64,000 nt of DNA from Bacteroidia bacterium (GTDB taxonomy: Bacteria > Bacteroidota > Bacteroidia > SpSt-205), in contig JAOAHZ010000001.1 of the NCBI GenBank assembly GCA_026414975.1, positions 326,086 through 390,085 on the forward strand. Direction: 5' to 3'. This document shows, one piece after another, positions 29,201-37,697 of the stretch. The notes under the pieces were generated by a model. The model was not told the DNA's origin. It did not search any database and saw nothing but the letters and a program-made list of their open reading frames with translations. The position numbers and the translations under genes were made by a program. The first letter of the stretch is position 1. Each line of letters opens with the position of its first letter.

Positions 29201-29792
29201 TGCCCCCGCCTCTGCTACTCCTCGGGACACTATCTATGTAGTAGTTGACTCTCTGCCAGATGTGCATTTCCTTGTGAACGGAAGCCCTTACTTTCATCTA
29301 AACTACGCTGATATACAGGCAACAGGTAGCACGGTATGCGTGGAATATATGGCTTCTACGAATGTCTATGATTCCTACACGTGGCGAATAGGAGGGTCTA
29401 CCTACACGGGCCCAGGTCCTCATGTTGAGTGTTATGGTCCATCCGTGACATCGGATGTGGTTGTGTTGGTAACAACCAATGGAGCTTGTCTCAGGCGGGA
29501 TACTCTATTCGTCACCATTGATCGCACCAGTAGCCTGTTAGCTTCCCACAGCTACATAAAAGCCTATCCTAACCCAGCGCAAGATGTACTTTATATCGCC
29601 TCAGCTAACTCGGGAGAAGCTGAGGTACGGATTTATGAGTTATCAGGGCAGGAGCTTCTGTCGAGCAGGGTGAGCCTAAGGGGTGGCGAACCATTCAGAC
29701 TTCGCTTGCCTTCGATACCCATGGGCATCTATATATTAGAAGTCCGCTTAGGAGACCACCTTCTTAGAGAGCGCCTAATGATAGAGAAATAA
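26211..29792 (+). CDS. T9SS type A secreted protein: beta-helix + tandem Ig-like repeats
   Basis: Signal LLWAQ, LNGTYTIG, Asn-rich beta-helix repeats, DIDGESR..PDIGADE, CTD YPNPA..GIYILEV..RLMIEK. Confidence 0.9.
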   Translation: MPNRLHYSLLVVGLLWAQLNGTYTIGSGGDYNTIQDALNALASQGVSGNVVFQILPSYTGEDINTVNCLIVNPYSGMGTHNVTLTVHPTRTTIAEVALDPSSLSSERFVLRFNGINNFTIDGGPNRLLRFRVGSPDVGLGVIGLIPTGPNPCRNITIKNIEVDGGSKSQTRVGIYLGSATSFPGAPTVGGNHNNRIENCWIYRVQEGVILHGSSASTRDIGNTILRCKIGHPNLVRSWGGGGDYRSGIVAVHQDGLRIERDTIFNASSDQNYGFSGILLGAPPGSTVFPTSTMPCVNTHIAANWIHSLEYSGTGGWDVNGMRVYVGSVTNANVFIYNNFIAGIIADGFSSPGGSWNAYGILLQGSSNANAGIYVYHNSIHLYGTPSTNSPPSTSTPSCIAIRSGITGGVYIRNNILQNAQTPAGTALPTRTTVAIAYEGSSPSVFAELDNNAYYVSNANGASYAFVGALGTNRYATIAAWRTAVGGGREQNSIQLASPLPFVSTTDLHLPLSAAELPVEGGGVFITSPLSINTDIDGESRPIGTPTGPDIGADEMLVPPCPSSITAGTLSITPASVEAGLQSFTITAAGPVTLPAEWQISINGGPWTTLQPYQASAPSITYTPQQAGTYEFRIVARVARYHQTCPGLQNDTSAAVSGVATCPSNLSTGTISTSTTSQPAGNPFTITSTGPVSLPAQWEDSSAAGGWNVVAPYSGSTFNYTPSSPGTYYLRLAALPPTGCSGSPLYSNVLVLTATATGNTILDPLNITPQTPTRTDTTVSGDLSLPPFTDTYTGPSNRPTPDIFFMYILRECLDSIRITTCPTQPPNHDTYLHVIHKRTGRTLYTDGGRCNFLNQAEIFAFHDPAATGSQNVTSTTSYRAGMRLAANDTLIIVVEHWFSTYVGPFVLQVQEFRYNPLNQPTLPNPPFFGSDTSRVCWRGGTAYDTLSTGINVPGIIHRWYRNGQLVPGIDTSVFIPQFTRPGVDTIVVELRSASTSYCAPASATPRDTIYVVVDSLPDVHFLVNGSPYFHLNYADIQATGSTVCVEYMASTNVYDSYTWRIGGSTYTGPGPHVECYGPSVTSDVVVLVTTNGACLRRDTLFVTIDRTSSLLASHSYIKAYPNPAQDVLYIASANSGEAEVRIYELSGQELLSSRVSLRGGEPFRLRLPSIPMGIYILEVRLGDHLLRERLMIEK

Positions 29793-29829
29793 AAGCAGCT
29801 ATCCACAACCTGCATCTCCCCTCTCCCGT

Positions 29830-29884
29830 GCCCCGCTGTTCTCCCTATCTTTTGAGGTGGGCAGCGGGGCGTTAGTTTATTTTG
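29830..29884 (+). terminator. Putative intrinsic terminator
   Basis: GCCCCGCTGTTC / GGGCAGCGGGGC stem (17-nt loop) then GTTAGTTTATTTT. Confidence 0.45.
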
Positions 29885-29892
29885 GACCTTAG

Positions 29893-30366
29893 ATGAGACG
29901 AACTGAGGTTGTGCTTGCACTTACAGTTCTGCTAAAGGGCCTCTGGGCTCAAAATCGTTCAGCTCTATATGAGCGAGCCCAGGGTTGGACTCGGCGTGGG
30001 CAATCTGATAGTGCCCTGGCTATCTGGCGTTCCCTCCTTTTGATAGAGCGCGATTCAATGGCCCTTGCTCTTATCTACCAGCAGTTAGGCTTAGTGGCCT
30101 TGCAACGACGAGATAGTGTAGAAGCTCTGCGACTTTGGAAAAAGAGCCTTCATTATCATCCAGCATACACCGTGGCTCGTCAAAACTATGGCTGGTTATA
30201 TTCCAAACTGCGCCGCCCCCCTGAAGAAAGTCCCCTTGAGCGCACCCTGTACGAGCCCCATGTCATCCCATTGGAACGAAACCCTCCTTTCATGGGGAGT
30301 AGGCATGTCGTGGCAAAACCTAAAACAGTCTTATGGTTGCTGCAAGTGCGGGGGAAAGAGCCCTAA
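29893..30366 (+). CDS. Secreted TPR protein
   Basis: Signal ending LWAQ; TPR-like YQQLG..ALRLWKKSL..P. Confidence 0.65.
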   Translation: MRRTEVVLALTVLLKGLWAQNRSALYERAQGWTRRGQSDSALAIWRSLLLIERDSMALALIYQQLGLVALQRRDSVEALRLWKKSLHYHPAYTVARQNYGWLYSKLRRPPEESPLERTLYEPHVIPLERNPPFMGSRHVVAKPKTVLWLLQVRGKEP

Positions 30367-30382
30367 TGTTGTGTAAAGGAGT

Positions 30383-30390
30383 TATATTTG
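30383..30390 (+). promoter_or_regulatory. -7 element TATATTTG
   Basis: Exact TAnnTTTG, 4 nt before ATG 30395. Confidence 0.65.
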
Positions 30391-30394
30391 CCTC

Positions 30395-33235
30395 ATGCGG
30401 CGTTTACTCATCGCACTTGGAGCCTCATTGGCAGGACTTCTTGTATTCCAAATCAGTTGGCATCCTCAAAGCGTTTATCTAGAAAGCTCCGCCTCCTACT
30501 TTCCGTGGGAACCAGTCGGACCTTATAACTTGGGGCATATTCTAACCTGTGGCGTTCGGTTTGGGAATAAAGTATTCGTCGGCTCAGCTTTCGGGGGCCT
30601 ATATGAGTCGGGGGACGGTGGTCGGAGCTGGAAACCCGTCCAAAGCTTTACTCTTAATCAGAATGGGGAGGCCGTATATAGAGCTCTTTCGGTTGTATCT
30701 CTCGCCGTAGATGGAAATAACCTATATGTTGGCACAGGCAATGTACCGCTATTTAATGCGGCTGGCGTATCTCATAGGGTTATAGATACGCTGCGGGGCA
30801 ATATACTGGGTGGATTTGGTCTCCCTGGCATGGGAGTCTATGTATCGTCTGATGGTGGGAATACTTTTTCTAACCAAAACTCTACTTGGCGCTTATCCTA
30901 TCCTGCTATCTCCTATCGTCCCGCTTATGAGGGAGCTGGGGCTGTCGTGAATGTCATAGACATAGCGGCTTCTGAAGGTAAAGTGGCGATTTTGGCTCCT
31001 GATAGTTTGCTTATATCCTTAGATGGGCTACAGACCATAGAGAAGCGGCCTATACCTGGCGGACGGCCACCTCGTAGTGTCACTTGGGGGGCGAATGGCA
31101 CCCTATTTTTAGCTACTACGGATACGCTGTATCGTTCCGAAGATAATGGACAGAGTTTCACCCCCATAAGGGGTCTCTCCCTTCCTTCTGAGGTTACACA
31201 GCCTGGAACCTCCTCTGCCTACGGGCGAAGTGGATTTGGAGGCTCCACCATAGTCGTCCGAGCTGCACCTTCTAATCCTAATATTATCTATGCAGCCAGC
31301 GCTGGTAGCACGGGTAGGCTCATCTGTGTGTGGGCCTCCTCTGACAATGGGCTTACATGGAATGCAATCTCTTCTGCTCAGAATGCTTCATTCAATGTCC
31401 TAGACTCTGCAAATGTGGGGATTTTAGCACTTAGAATAGACCCTCAGGACCCTACTCGTATTCTTATTGGAGGTCGTCAAATATGGGAGTTCTCCCCTCA
31501 AAATGGATGGCAGCGCATCATTCCTTCTAATGTAGATGGCATCGTGCTGTCGCTGCCTCGGCCTATACGAGACTTTGTCTTTTTAGACAATGGAGCCTTT
31601 TTAGTGATAGGTACAGGGCGCCTTTTGCGCATCATAGATAATGGAACTCGGGCCGAGGATGCAACCCGCGGCATTCAGGCTTCTCCTATTTTGTCGGTTT
31701 CTATTGCTTCGAATGGCGATTTGTATGCTTCTGGTCCGACTCCTCTAAATATCACGATGCATTACACGGAGAGCGATCCCATAGGTATATTTAGACTCCT
31801 CAACTTGGGTAGTCCTTTTAGTCCCGTTACTTCACCTGTAGGATATGTGGCTGCCAGCATGCGCTTCCCCGGCTCAGCTTACTTTTCGTATCAAGGGGGG
31901 CGGCTGCGTTTATCTACGGATAGATCGGGGCGTTTCCTTTCGGTCTATAACCCTCCGGCTCCTTCTGCATTTTACAGACAAACCACCGCTGATAGTATTC
32001 AGCCACCTTCTAATCGTACCTCCTTTACGGAAGATCGTCCAGCAGCAGCTGGTCCTGTTTACCCGCCATTTGCTTTGGTGGAAAGTTTTCCCGAACTTTT
32101 GATTGATCGCAATAGGTATCTTGCTGGTGTATCGCATTTATTCATAGCCACCTCCCGCCATCTATGGTATATATCTAACTCTATCACCAATGTAGTGGAC
32201 TCCCTTCAGTACTGGAGTCGAGTCAGTCCTACTTTTATTAGCAACCTCACGGCTGCAGCCACCATTCCTGACTACTACCGCAGCACAAACAGTATCCCAA
32301 CAGCTATGGCGGTTAGCCTTGACGATAATGGGGATTGCACCGTGTGGATTGGCAGCTCTAACGGCGAGCTTCGACGAATCCAAAAGGCTCAGGACATTAC
32401 TCTGGATCGGTCAGCCAGCTATAACTTTGAGAACCTCACACCCTCTATAGCTACCCTTTTAGAGGGCCGAACCATCAGCGCTATAGCGATTCATCCGAAA
32501 AATCCCGACCTTCTGGCTATCGCCACGAGCTCTTATCGGGGTCCAGATGCTCGCATATTTCTCACCACTAATGCCAGGGATGCCAATCCTAACTTCATTT
32601 CCATCCATGGCAACCTCCCTAATATACCTGTCTATAGCCTCTTCTTCCATCCAGACTCAGCTCGGCTGCTTTTGGCGGGGACCCAGTGGGGCTTATGGCG
32701 CTGTGTAGATGTAAGCAATCCTACATGGGAAGAGATGACAGGAGAAACGGTGGGGCGAGTACCCGTAACAGCTATCGCATGGAAGCCATACCGTTATCAA
32801 ATAGATACAGTGGATCGTTCAGACCCCGAGGCGCCTGTGTGGGAGGCTCGAGCCCTCCCTGACCCAGAGCGTCCTATTTACATCGCTACATGGGGACGCG
32901 GTATTTGGAAGATTAGTAGTCGTTCGGCTACCTCTCTCCCTACGGCTGCTTCTGCCCAACCGATTCGGGTGGAAGCCTTTCCCAATCCCTTCGGAGAGGA
33001 TATCAAGATAAAGTTATCAGCTCCTATGGGTACCAAGCAGATTAGCTGGCAGCTTCTCAATCTATCAGGCCAGCGATTGGGTGGGCATACCCATTCTGAC
33101 CCTTTGCCGGCCGGAGAGCACACCTTCTCTTGGCGGGTGGGTCAGCTCCCCCTTGGTGTCTATTTCATACAGGTAGAGGCTATAGATCAGCAAGGCCGAC
33201 GCTACGCTCAAACCTTCAAGCTCCTTCATCAGTAA
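30395..33235 (+). CDS. T9SS type A secreted BNR/Asp-box beta-propeller protein
   Basis: WEPVGPYN, SGDGGRSW, SSDGGNTF, SEDNGQSF, SSDNGLTW, ATWGRGIW, CTD FPNPF..GVYFIQV. Confidence 0.9.
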   Translation: MRRLLIALGASLAGLLVFQISWHPQSVYLESSASYFPWEPVGPYNLGHILTCGVRFGNKVFVGSAFGGLYESGDGGRSWKPVQSFTLNQNGEAVYRALSVVSLAVDGNNLYVGTGNVPLFNAAGVSHRVIDTLRGNILGGFGLPGMGVYVSSDGGNTFSNQNSTWRLSYPAISYRPAYEGAGAVVNVIDIAASEGKVAILAPDSLLISLDGLQTIEKRPIPGGRPPRSVTWGANGTLFLATTDTLYRSEDNGQSFTPIRGLSLPSEVTQPGTSSAYGRSGFGGSTIVVRAAPSNPNIIYAASAGSTGRLICVWASSDNGLTWNAISSAQNASFNVLDSANVGILALRIDPQDPTRILIGGRQIWEFSPQNGWQRIIPSNVDGIVLSLPRPIRDFVFLDNGAFLVIGTGRLLRIIDNGTRAEDATRGIQASPILSVSIASNGDLYASGPTPLNITMHYTESDPIGIFRLLNLGSPFSPVTSPVGYVAASMRFPGSAYFSYQGGRLRLSTDRSGRFLSVYNPPAPSAFYRQTTADSIQPPSNRTSFTEDRPAAAGPVYPPFALVESFPELLIDRNRYLAGVSHLFIATSRHLWYISNSITNVVDSLQYWSRVSPTFISNLTAAATIPDYYRSTNSIPTAMAVSLDDNGDCTVWIGSSNGELRRIQKAQDITLDRSASYNFENLTPSIATLLEGRTISAIAIHPKNPDLLAIATSSYRGPDARIFLTTNARDANPNFISIHGNLPNIPVYSLFFHPDSARLLLAGTQWGLWRCVDVSNPTWEEMTGETVGRVPVTAIAWKPYRYQIDTVDRSDPEAPVWEARALPDPERPIYIATWGRGIWKISSRSATSLPTAASAQPIRVEAFPNPFGEDIKIKLSAPMGTKQISWQLLNLSGQRLGGHTHSDPLPAGEHTFSWRVGQLPLGVYFIQVEAIDQQGRRYAQTFKLLHQ

Positions 33236-33253
33236 AACTCATAGGCTTCTCTC

Positions 33254-33287
33254 AATCCCCCGTTCTATTGGGCGGGGGATTTTTTTT
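33254..33287 (+). terminator. Intrinsic terminator
   Basis: AATCCCCCGTTC-TATT-GGGCGGGGGATT stem ending in a T8 run, after the T9SS gene. Confidence 0.8.
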
Positions 33288-33303
33288 ATACTTGCCCCCA
33301 TCT

Positions 33304-33606
33304 ATGCTGGCTATCATAGAGCTAGGAGGGCAGCAGTGGAAGGTTACGCCTGGCATGCGCATTGCCGTCAATAAGCTCCCCTACGAGGTAGGCGCAGAGA
33401 TTATGATAAATAAAGCCCTCCTTGTAGAAAAAGACGGGCAAGTTTTCATAGGCAAGCCCTATGTGCCCGTCTCGATCCAAGCTAAAGTAGAAGCTCACAT
33501 CCGAGCGCCCAAGGTAGTGGTCTTCAAGAAAAAGCGTCGCAAAGGCTATAAACGCAAGCGAGGGCATCGCCAACTGATGACTCTTGTATCTATTCAATCT
33601 GTATAA
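33304..33606 (+). CDS. rplU: 50S ribosomal protein L21
   Basis: MLAIIELGGQQWKV..KVVVFKKKRRKGYKRKRGHRQ; start ATG 33304. Confidence 0.97.
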   Translation: MLAIIELGGQQWKVTPGMRIAVNKLPYEVGAEIMINKALLVEKDGQVFIGKPYVPVSIQAKVEAHIRAPKVVVFKKKRRKGYKRKRGHRQLMTLVSIQSV

Positions 33607-33609
33607 CCT

Positions 33610-33879
33610 ATGGCACATAAAAAGGGACTAGGAAGCACTCGAAATGGACGGGAGTCCGAGAGCAAGCGATTGGGTGTAAAGCTATTTGGAGGTCAACTGG
33701 CTCGGCCGGGCCACATTATTGTACGCCAGCGGGGGACCCGCTTTTGGCCTGGCAGTGGTGTCAAGATGGGTAAAGATCATACGCTTTTCGCTACCATAGA
33801 GGGGATTGTGCACTTCCGTAGCCGCAGAGGGCGCAAGTATGTAGAGGTTCGCCCGTTACTCCTTACGCCAGAAGCGTAG
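33610..33879 (+). CDS. rpmA: 50S ribosomal protein L27
   Basis: [35 protein letters not shown]. Confidence 0.98.
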   Translation: MAHKKGLGSTRNGRESESKRLGVKLFGGQLARPGHIIVRQRGTRFWPGSGVKMGKDHTLFATIEGIVHFRSRRGRKYVEVRPLLLTPEA

Positions 33880-34782
33880 CTTCCCTACTGACTCTTGGAT
33901 GAGGAGGTGAGCCCATGCTCCGATAGGGATAGGGAAGTTGGTTTCTTGATGTCCTACGGGAAAGCCACTGGCTATGGGTGCGAGAGAGCCTGTACTATCT
34001 GACGCTATTTGCTGGGGTGAAAGGCTATACTCCTCTTCTTCATCATCTGACATGGCGGTAAGCCCTCCTATCACCAAAGCCGCTGCTTTGTGATACCAAC
34101 CTGCGTTGTGCAGATGCCAGCTCATACGGTCCAGCTTATAGTAGTATTCGCTTGTCTCCTCCCAGAAAAGGATAGGGCGGCTTTCCCATTCCTTTAGGTC
34201 AAGTGGGGTGCCGCATAGGGTTTGTAGGAGCGACAGATTGCCTCCTAAAAGCGGACCAAAAGCGGTACCCACTCGCCATGCGTCCCAAGGGCGTCGTTGC
34301 CAAGTTAGAGTGCAATCCAGCTCCTCGCTCTGCAAAAGCTGAAGCAATAGCTCAAGTGCCTTTGGAGATACTCTGTGAGGAATGTGGGCGGCGACTGGTC
34401 CATGTATAGCTACTATACCTGCCCGTGCAGCGCCCCATAGAAGCGGGGTGATATCGCTAAATCCAATAAGCCATTTAGGGTAGCGTTGAAGACCCTCCCA
34501 CGATAATCGCCGCCATAAATGACTGACTCCATGCCCCCCTCGCACGAACCAGATAGCTCGGACTTCTGGATTATCTAAAGCTGCCTGAAGTTGAACAAGC
34601 CGATGTGCAGCTGTACCTGCCAGAGCCCCCTCTCGGGCAAAAAGGCCAGCCTCATACCTTACTTTCCAACCCTGATTTTCAGTAAACTCCATAAAAGGTC
34701 TAATGTCAGCCGGATATACCTGCCGAGAGGGGGCTACCAACACTATACTATCTCCTGGCCGAAGAGGGGCAGGCCATCGCAC
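33856..34782 (-). CDS. LD-carboxypeptidase (S66)
   Basis: VRGGHG, IGFSDIT, GGNLSLL, WEE, PVGH; likely start GTG 34782. Confidence 0.93.
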   Translation of the reverse strand: MRWPAPLRPGDSIVLVAPSRQVYPADIRPFMEFTENQGWKVRYEAGLFAREGALAGTAAHRLVQLQAALDNPEVRAIWFVRGGHGVSHLWRRLSWEGLQRYPKWLIGFSDITPLLWGAARAGIVAIHGPVAAHIPHRVSPKALELLLQLLQSEELDCTLTWQRRPWDAWRVGTAFGPLLGGNLSLLQTLCGTPLDLKEWESRPILFWEETSEYYYKLDRMSWHLHNAGWYHKAAALVIGGLTAMSDDEEEEYSLSPQQIASDSTGSLAPIASGFPVGHQETNFPIPIGAWAHLLIQESVGKLRFWRKE

Positions 34783-34785
34783 AGG

Positions 34786-34809
34786 CAAAGGTAGCCCATC
34801 GTATTTTTG
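34786..34809. promoter_or_regulatory. Divergent -7 elements
   Basis: TACCTTTG on - (3 nt to GTG 34782) and TATTTTTG on + (4 nt to GTG 34814). Confidence 0.65.
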
Positions 34810-34813
34810 TAGA

Positions 34814-36007
34814 GTGCAGTTACGGGAATGGATTTTCTGGACTAGTCTTTTGCTGGTGCTCTATCCATACGGCATATATCCTCCTTTGATTGTCGGTTTG
34901 GCTTGGATCAAGCGCCGCTTTCTTCCTCCGACGCAGCAGACACCCTCAGAATGGCCTGAAGTAACCATCGTTATTCCCGCTTACAAGGAAGCTAAAGCGG
35001 TCATACCCAAAATGGAATCAATTCGGCGGTTAGACTATCCAGCGGAGAAACTCAGGATTCTCTGGGTTATAGCTACGCATGAAGGGGATGAGAGCTTTAG
35101 CTCTACGATGGAGGCTCTTCAAGGTTATCCTGAGGCTGAAGTTATGATAGTGCCTCACCGAGGCAAGATACACTCGCTCAATGAGGCCAGGAAAGCGGTT
35201 CAGACAGAGTATGCTCTGATCACTGATGCCGATACAATTCTCTCGCCTGACTCTCTAAGACAAGCGGTATTAGAAGCTGTGCATCATCCGAAAGTGGGTT
35301 TGGTAGGGGGCAGCCGACGCGTGCTTCCTCACCAGCAGACGGTCAGCCAAAACGAAGCCTACTATGTACTCTACGATGAGCGCCTTGCTTGGGCTGAGAG
35401 CACTTGGGGATGTGCGCTGGGTGTGTGGGGGGGATTTCTACTGGTGCGAAAATCATACTGGGTAGAGATGCCCTCGGGTGTCGTGGATGATTTGTACCTA
35501 AACTTGGAAGTGAACCTGAGGGGAGGTATGACAGTTATAGCTCCGCGGGCCTATGCGTATGAGGCTGGTTCTGCCCTAATGCCCATAGAGTTTAGACGCA
35601 AGGCTCGCATTGCTTATACTGCTTTTCATACGCTCCACCAGCGATTTAGAGTATCAGAAGCCTTTCGGCACCCGCTGTTTCTCTTCTTTTTTTTCTCTCA
35701 CAAGTTTTGCCGCTACCTCATAGCACCTGTGGCTCTTTTGAGCTTGCTTTTGAGCACCACGTTGCTCTTGGTTTGGTCTCCCCTCCCATTGTATTGGGTG
35801 ATTTGGCTCTTTCAGGTGGGTGCATGGGTAGAGGGATTTGTACTTCTTCATTATCCTACGCTCAAGCTGCCTAAGGGAGTAGGACTGCCAGGCTACTTTG
35901 TGCTGGCTCACTTGGCTCAGTTGGTAGGCTTTTGGAAGTATATTCGGAGAGAGGACCCGCTTGTGGTCTGGCAGCGTCTGCCTCGGGCGGAAATGCAACC
36001 TTACTAA
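34814..36007 (+). CDS. Glycosyltransferase family 2 (CESA-like), membrane-bound
   Basis: VIPAYKE, GK, TDAD, DD, EFRRKARI; N- and C-terminal TMs. Confidence 0.9.
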   Translation: MQLREWIFWTSLLLVLYPYGIYPPLIVGLAWIKRRFLPPTQQTPSEWPEVTIVIPAYKEAKAVIPKMESIRRLDYPAEKLRILWVIATHEGDESFSSTMEALQGYPEAEVMIVPHRGKIHSLNEARKAVQTEYALITDADTILSPDSLRQAVLEAVHHPKVGLVGGSRRVLPHQQTVSQNEAYYVLYDERLAWAESTWGCALGVWGGFLLVRKSYWVEMPSGVVDDLYLNLEVNLRGGMTVIAPRAYAYEAGSALMPIEFRRKARIAYTAFHTLHQRFRVSEAFRHPLFLFFFFSHKFCRYLIAPVALLSLLLSTTLLLVWSPLPLYWVIWLFQVGAWVEGFVLLHYPTLKLPKGVGLPGYFVLAHLAQLVGFWKYIRREDPLVVWQRLPRAEMQPY

Positions 36008-36009
36008 GG

Positions 36010-37068
36010 ATGATTTGGACTCCAGAGATACAAGCTGCGCCGCCGCGGACAGAAACGCTAAGCTGGGATAAGATTCCATTTGGGCGGGTATTCAGTCGGC
36101 ACCTTGCGGTAGCGCAGTACGCCGAGGGGTCTTGGCAGCGTCCTCGCATTCAGCCTATGGGTGAGCTGTCTCTCCATCCAGGCACATCGGCTTTACATTA
36201 TGGCCAGTCTTTATTTGAAGGGCTCAAAGCCTATCAGCGGCCCGACGGCACTCGATTTGCATTTCGGGCGGAAGATCACTGGAAGCGACTCAATCGCTCT
36301 GCTGCCCGTTTGGCGATGCCTGAAGTACCTTACGACCTCTTCGCTAACATGCTAAAGGCTTTATTAGAGGTAGAACGAGACCTTTTCCCGCCTGACTTAG
36401 AGCATGCCGTGTATATCCGACCCCTGTACTTTGCTGCCGATCGCTGGCTCGGTGTGCGTCCATCGGAGACTTATACGCTTCTGATTTATCTCACGCCAGT
36501 CGGGCCCTATTACACGGGAGAGGTGAAGGCTTATGTGGAAAACGAAATGAGCCGCGCTGCGCCAGGTGGAACAGGTAGCGTCAAGATGGCAGGCAACTAC
36601 GCTGCTGCTATGCTCAGCGGTAAAAAAGCCCAACAGTTTGGCTGCCAAGTCTCTCTCTGGCTGGATGCCCTCAGCCGAGAATACATAGAGGAGTTCAGTA
36701 CCATGAACGCCTTCATCGTACAGCGAGGTCCTAAGCTACTTACTCCCCCCTTGGATAGGGGCACGATTTTACCCGGTGTAACGCGAGATACCATCTTGTA
36801 TTTAGCCTCTCATTTGGGCATACCGGTTGAAGAGCGAGAGGTATCTATCTACGAAATTGTAGAAGGTATCACGCATGGGGAAGTTAGCGAAGTTTTCGGT
36901 ACAGGTACGGCGGCCACTATTATGCCCATTCAGGCTCTTCATTATGATGGCAAGCTATGGACCTTGCCCTCTACTCATCCTGTCGCTGATGAGCTAAGCC
37001 GCAGCTATCGTCGTCTCCTAGCAGGTGAGCTAAGTCCTTCTAAGTCAGAGTGGATATGGCTGATTTAG
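36010..37068 (+). CDS. ilvE: Branched-chain amino acid aminotransferase
   Basis: LHYGQSLFEGLKA, YIRP, KMAGNYA, ILPGVTR, FGTGTAA. Confidence 0.95.
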   Translation: MIWTPEIQAAPPRTETLSWDKIPFGRVFSRHLAVAQYAEGSWQRPRIQPMGELSLHPGTSALHYGQSLFEGLKAYQRPDGTRFAFRAEDHWKRLNRSAARLAMPEVPYDLFANMLKALLEVERDLFPPDLEHAVYIRPLYFAADRWLGVRPSETYTLLIYLTPVGPYYTGEVKAYVENEMSRAAPGGTGSVKMAGNYAAAMLSGKKAQQFGCQVSLWLDALSREYIEEFSTMNAFIVQRGPKLLTPPLDRGTILPGVTRDTILYLASHLGIPVEEREVSIYEIVEGITHGEVSEVFGTGTAATIMPIQALHYDGKLWTLPSTHPVADELSRSYRRLLAGELSPSKSEWIWLI

Positions 37069-37697
37069 ACTTGATGAGTTTACGCCGTCAATATTCCCAG
37101 GCACCTCTTAGAGAAGAGCAAACCCCATCTGATCCCTACAACCTTCTGAAGCAGTGGCTCAGTGAGGCGGTTGCTGCCCAGCTTTTAGAGCCTAACGCCT
37201 TCACCCTTGCAACCGTAGATAAGGAAGGGCAGCCTCACGCTCGCATTGTACTGCTCAAAGGTATGGAACCCCCATACCTGTATTTTTACACGAACTATGA
37301 AAGCGCTAAGGCCCAAGAGATAGCCGATAATGCTCGGGTGGCGGCGACTTTTTGGTGGGATGTGCTTGAGCGTCAGGTTCGGATAGAAGGATGGGCCGAA
37401 AAGGCTCCTCCCGAAGTATCTGACATCTACTTCGCTACGCGCCCCTACGGCAGTCAGATAGGAGCATGGGCTTCCCCTCAAAGCCATCCTATTTCGCTGG
37501 CAGAGCTGGAGCAGCGCTGGGCTGAGTATTGTCAGCGTTATCCGGAGGGGAAAGTTCCTCGACCGCCCCATTGGGGAGGGTACCGGATTATACCTCGCCG
37601 AATAGAGTTTTGGCAAGGGCGGCCCAATCGTCTGCATGATCGGATCGTCTATATCCGACGTGGAGATAGCTGGCACAAGCAGCGCCTTGCCCCTTAG
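37056..37697 (+). CDS. pdxH: Pyridoxamine 5'-phosphate oxidase
   Basis: RIVLLK, FYTNYES, ERQVRIEG, EFWQGRPNRLHDR, RLAP. Confidence 0.97.
   Translation: MADLDLMSLRRQYSQAPLREEQTPSDPYNLLKQWLSEAVAAQLLEPNAFTLATVDKEGQPHARIVLLKGMEPPYLYFYTNYESAKAQEIADNARVAATFWWDVLERQVRIEGWAEKAPPEVSDIYFATRPYGSQIGAWASPQSHPISLAELEQRWAEYCQRYPEGKVPRPPHWGGYRIIPRRIEFWQGRPNRLHDRIVYIRRGDSWHKQRLAP

Noticed and set aside
35687-35694. T8 run in GT2 as a phase-variation tract
   Set aside because: Short, in frame and explained by a Phe-rich membrane segment.
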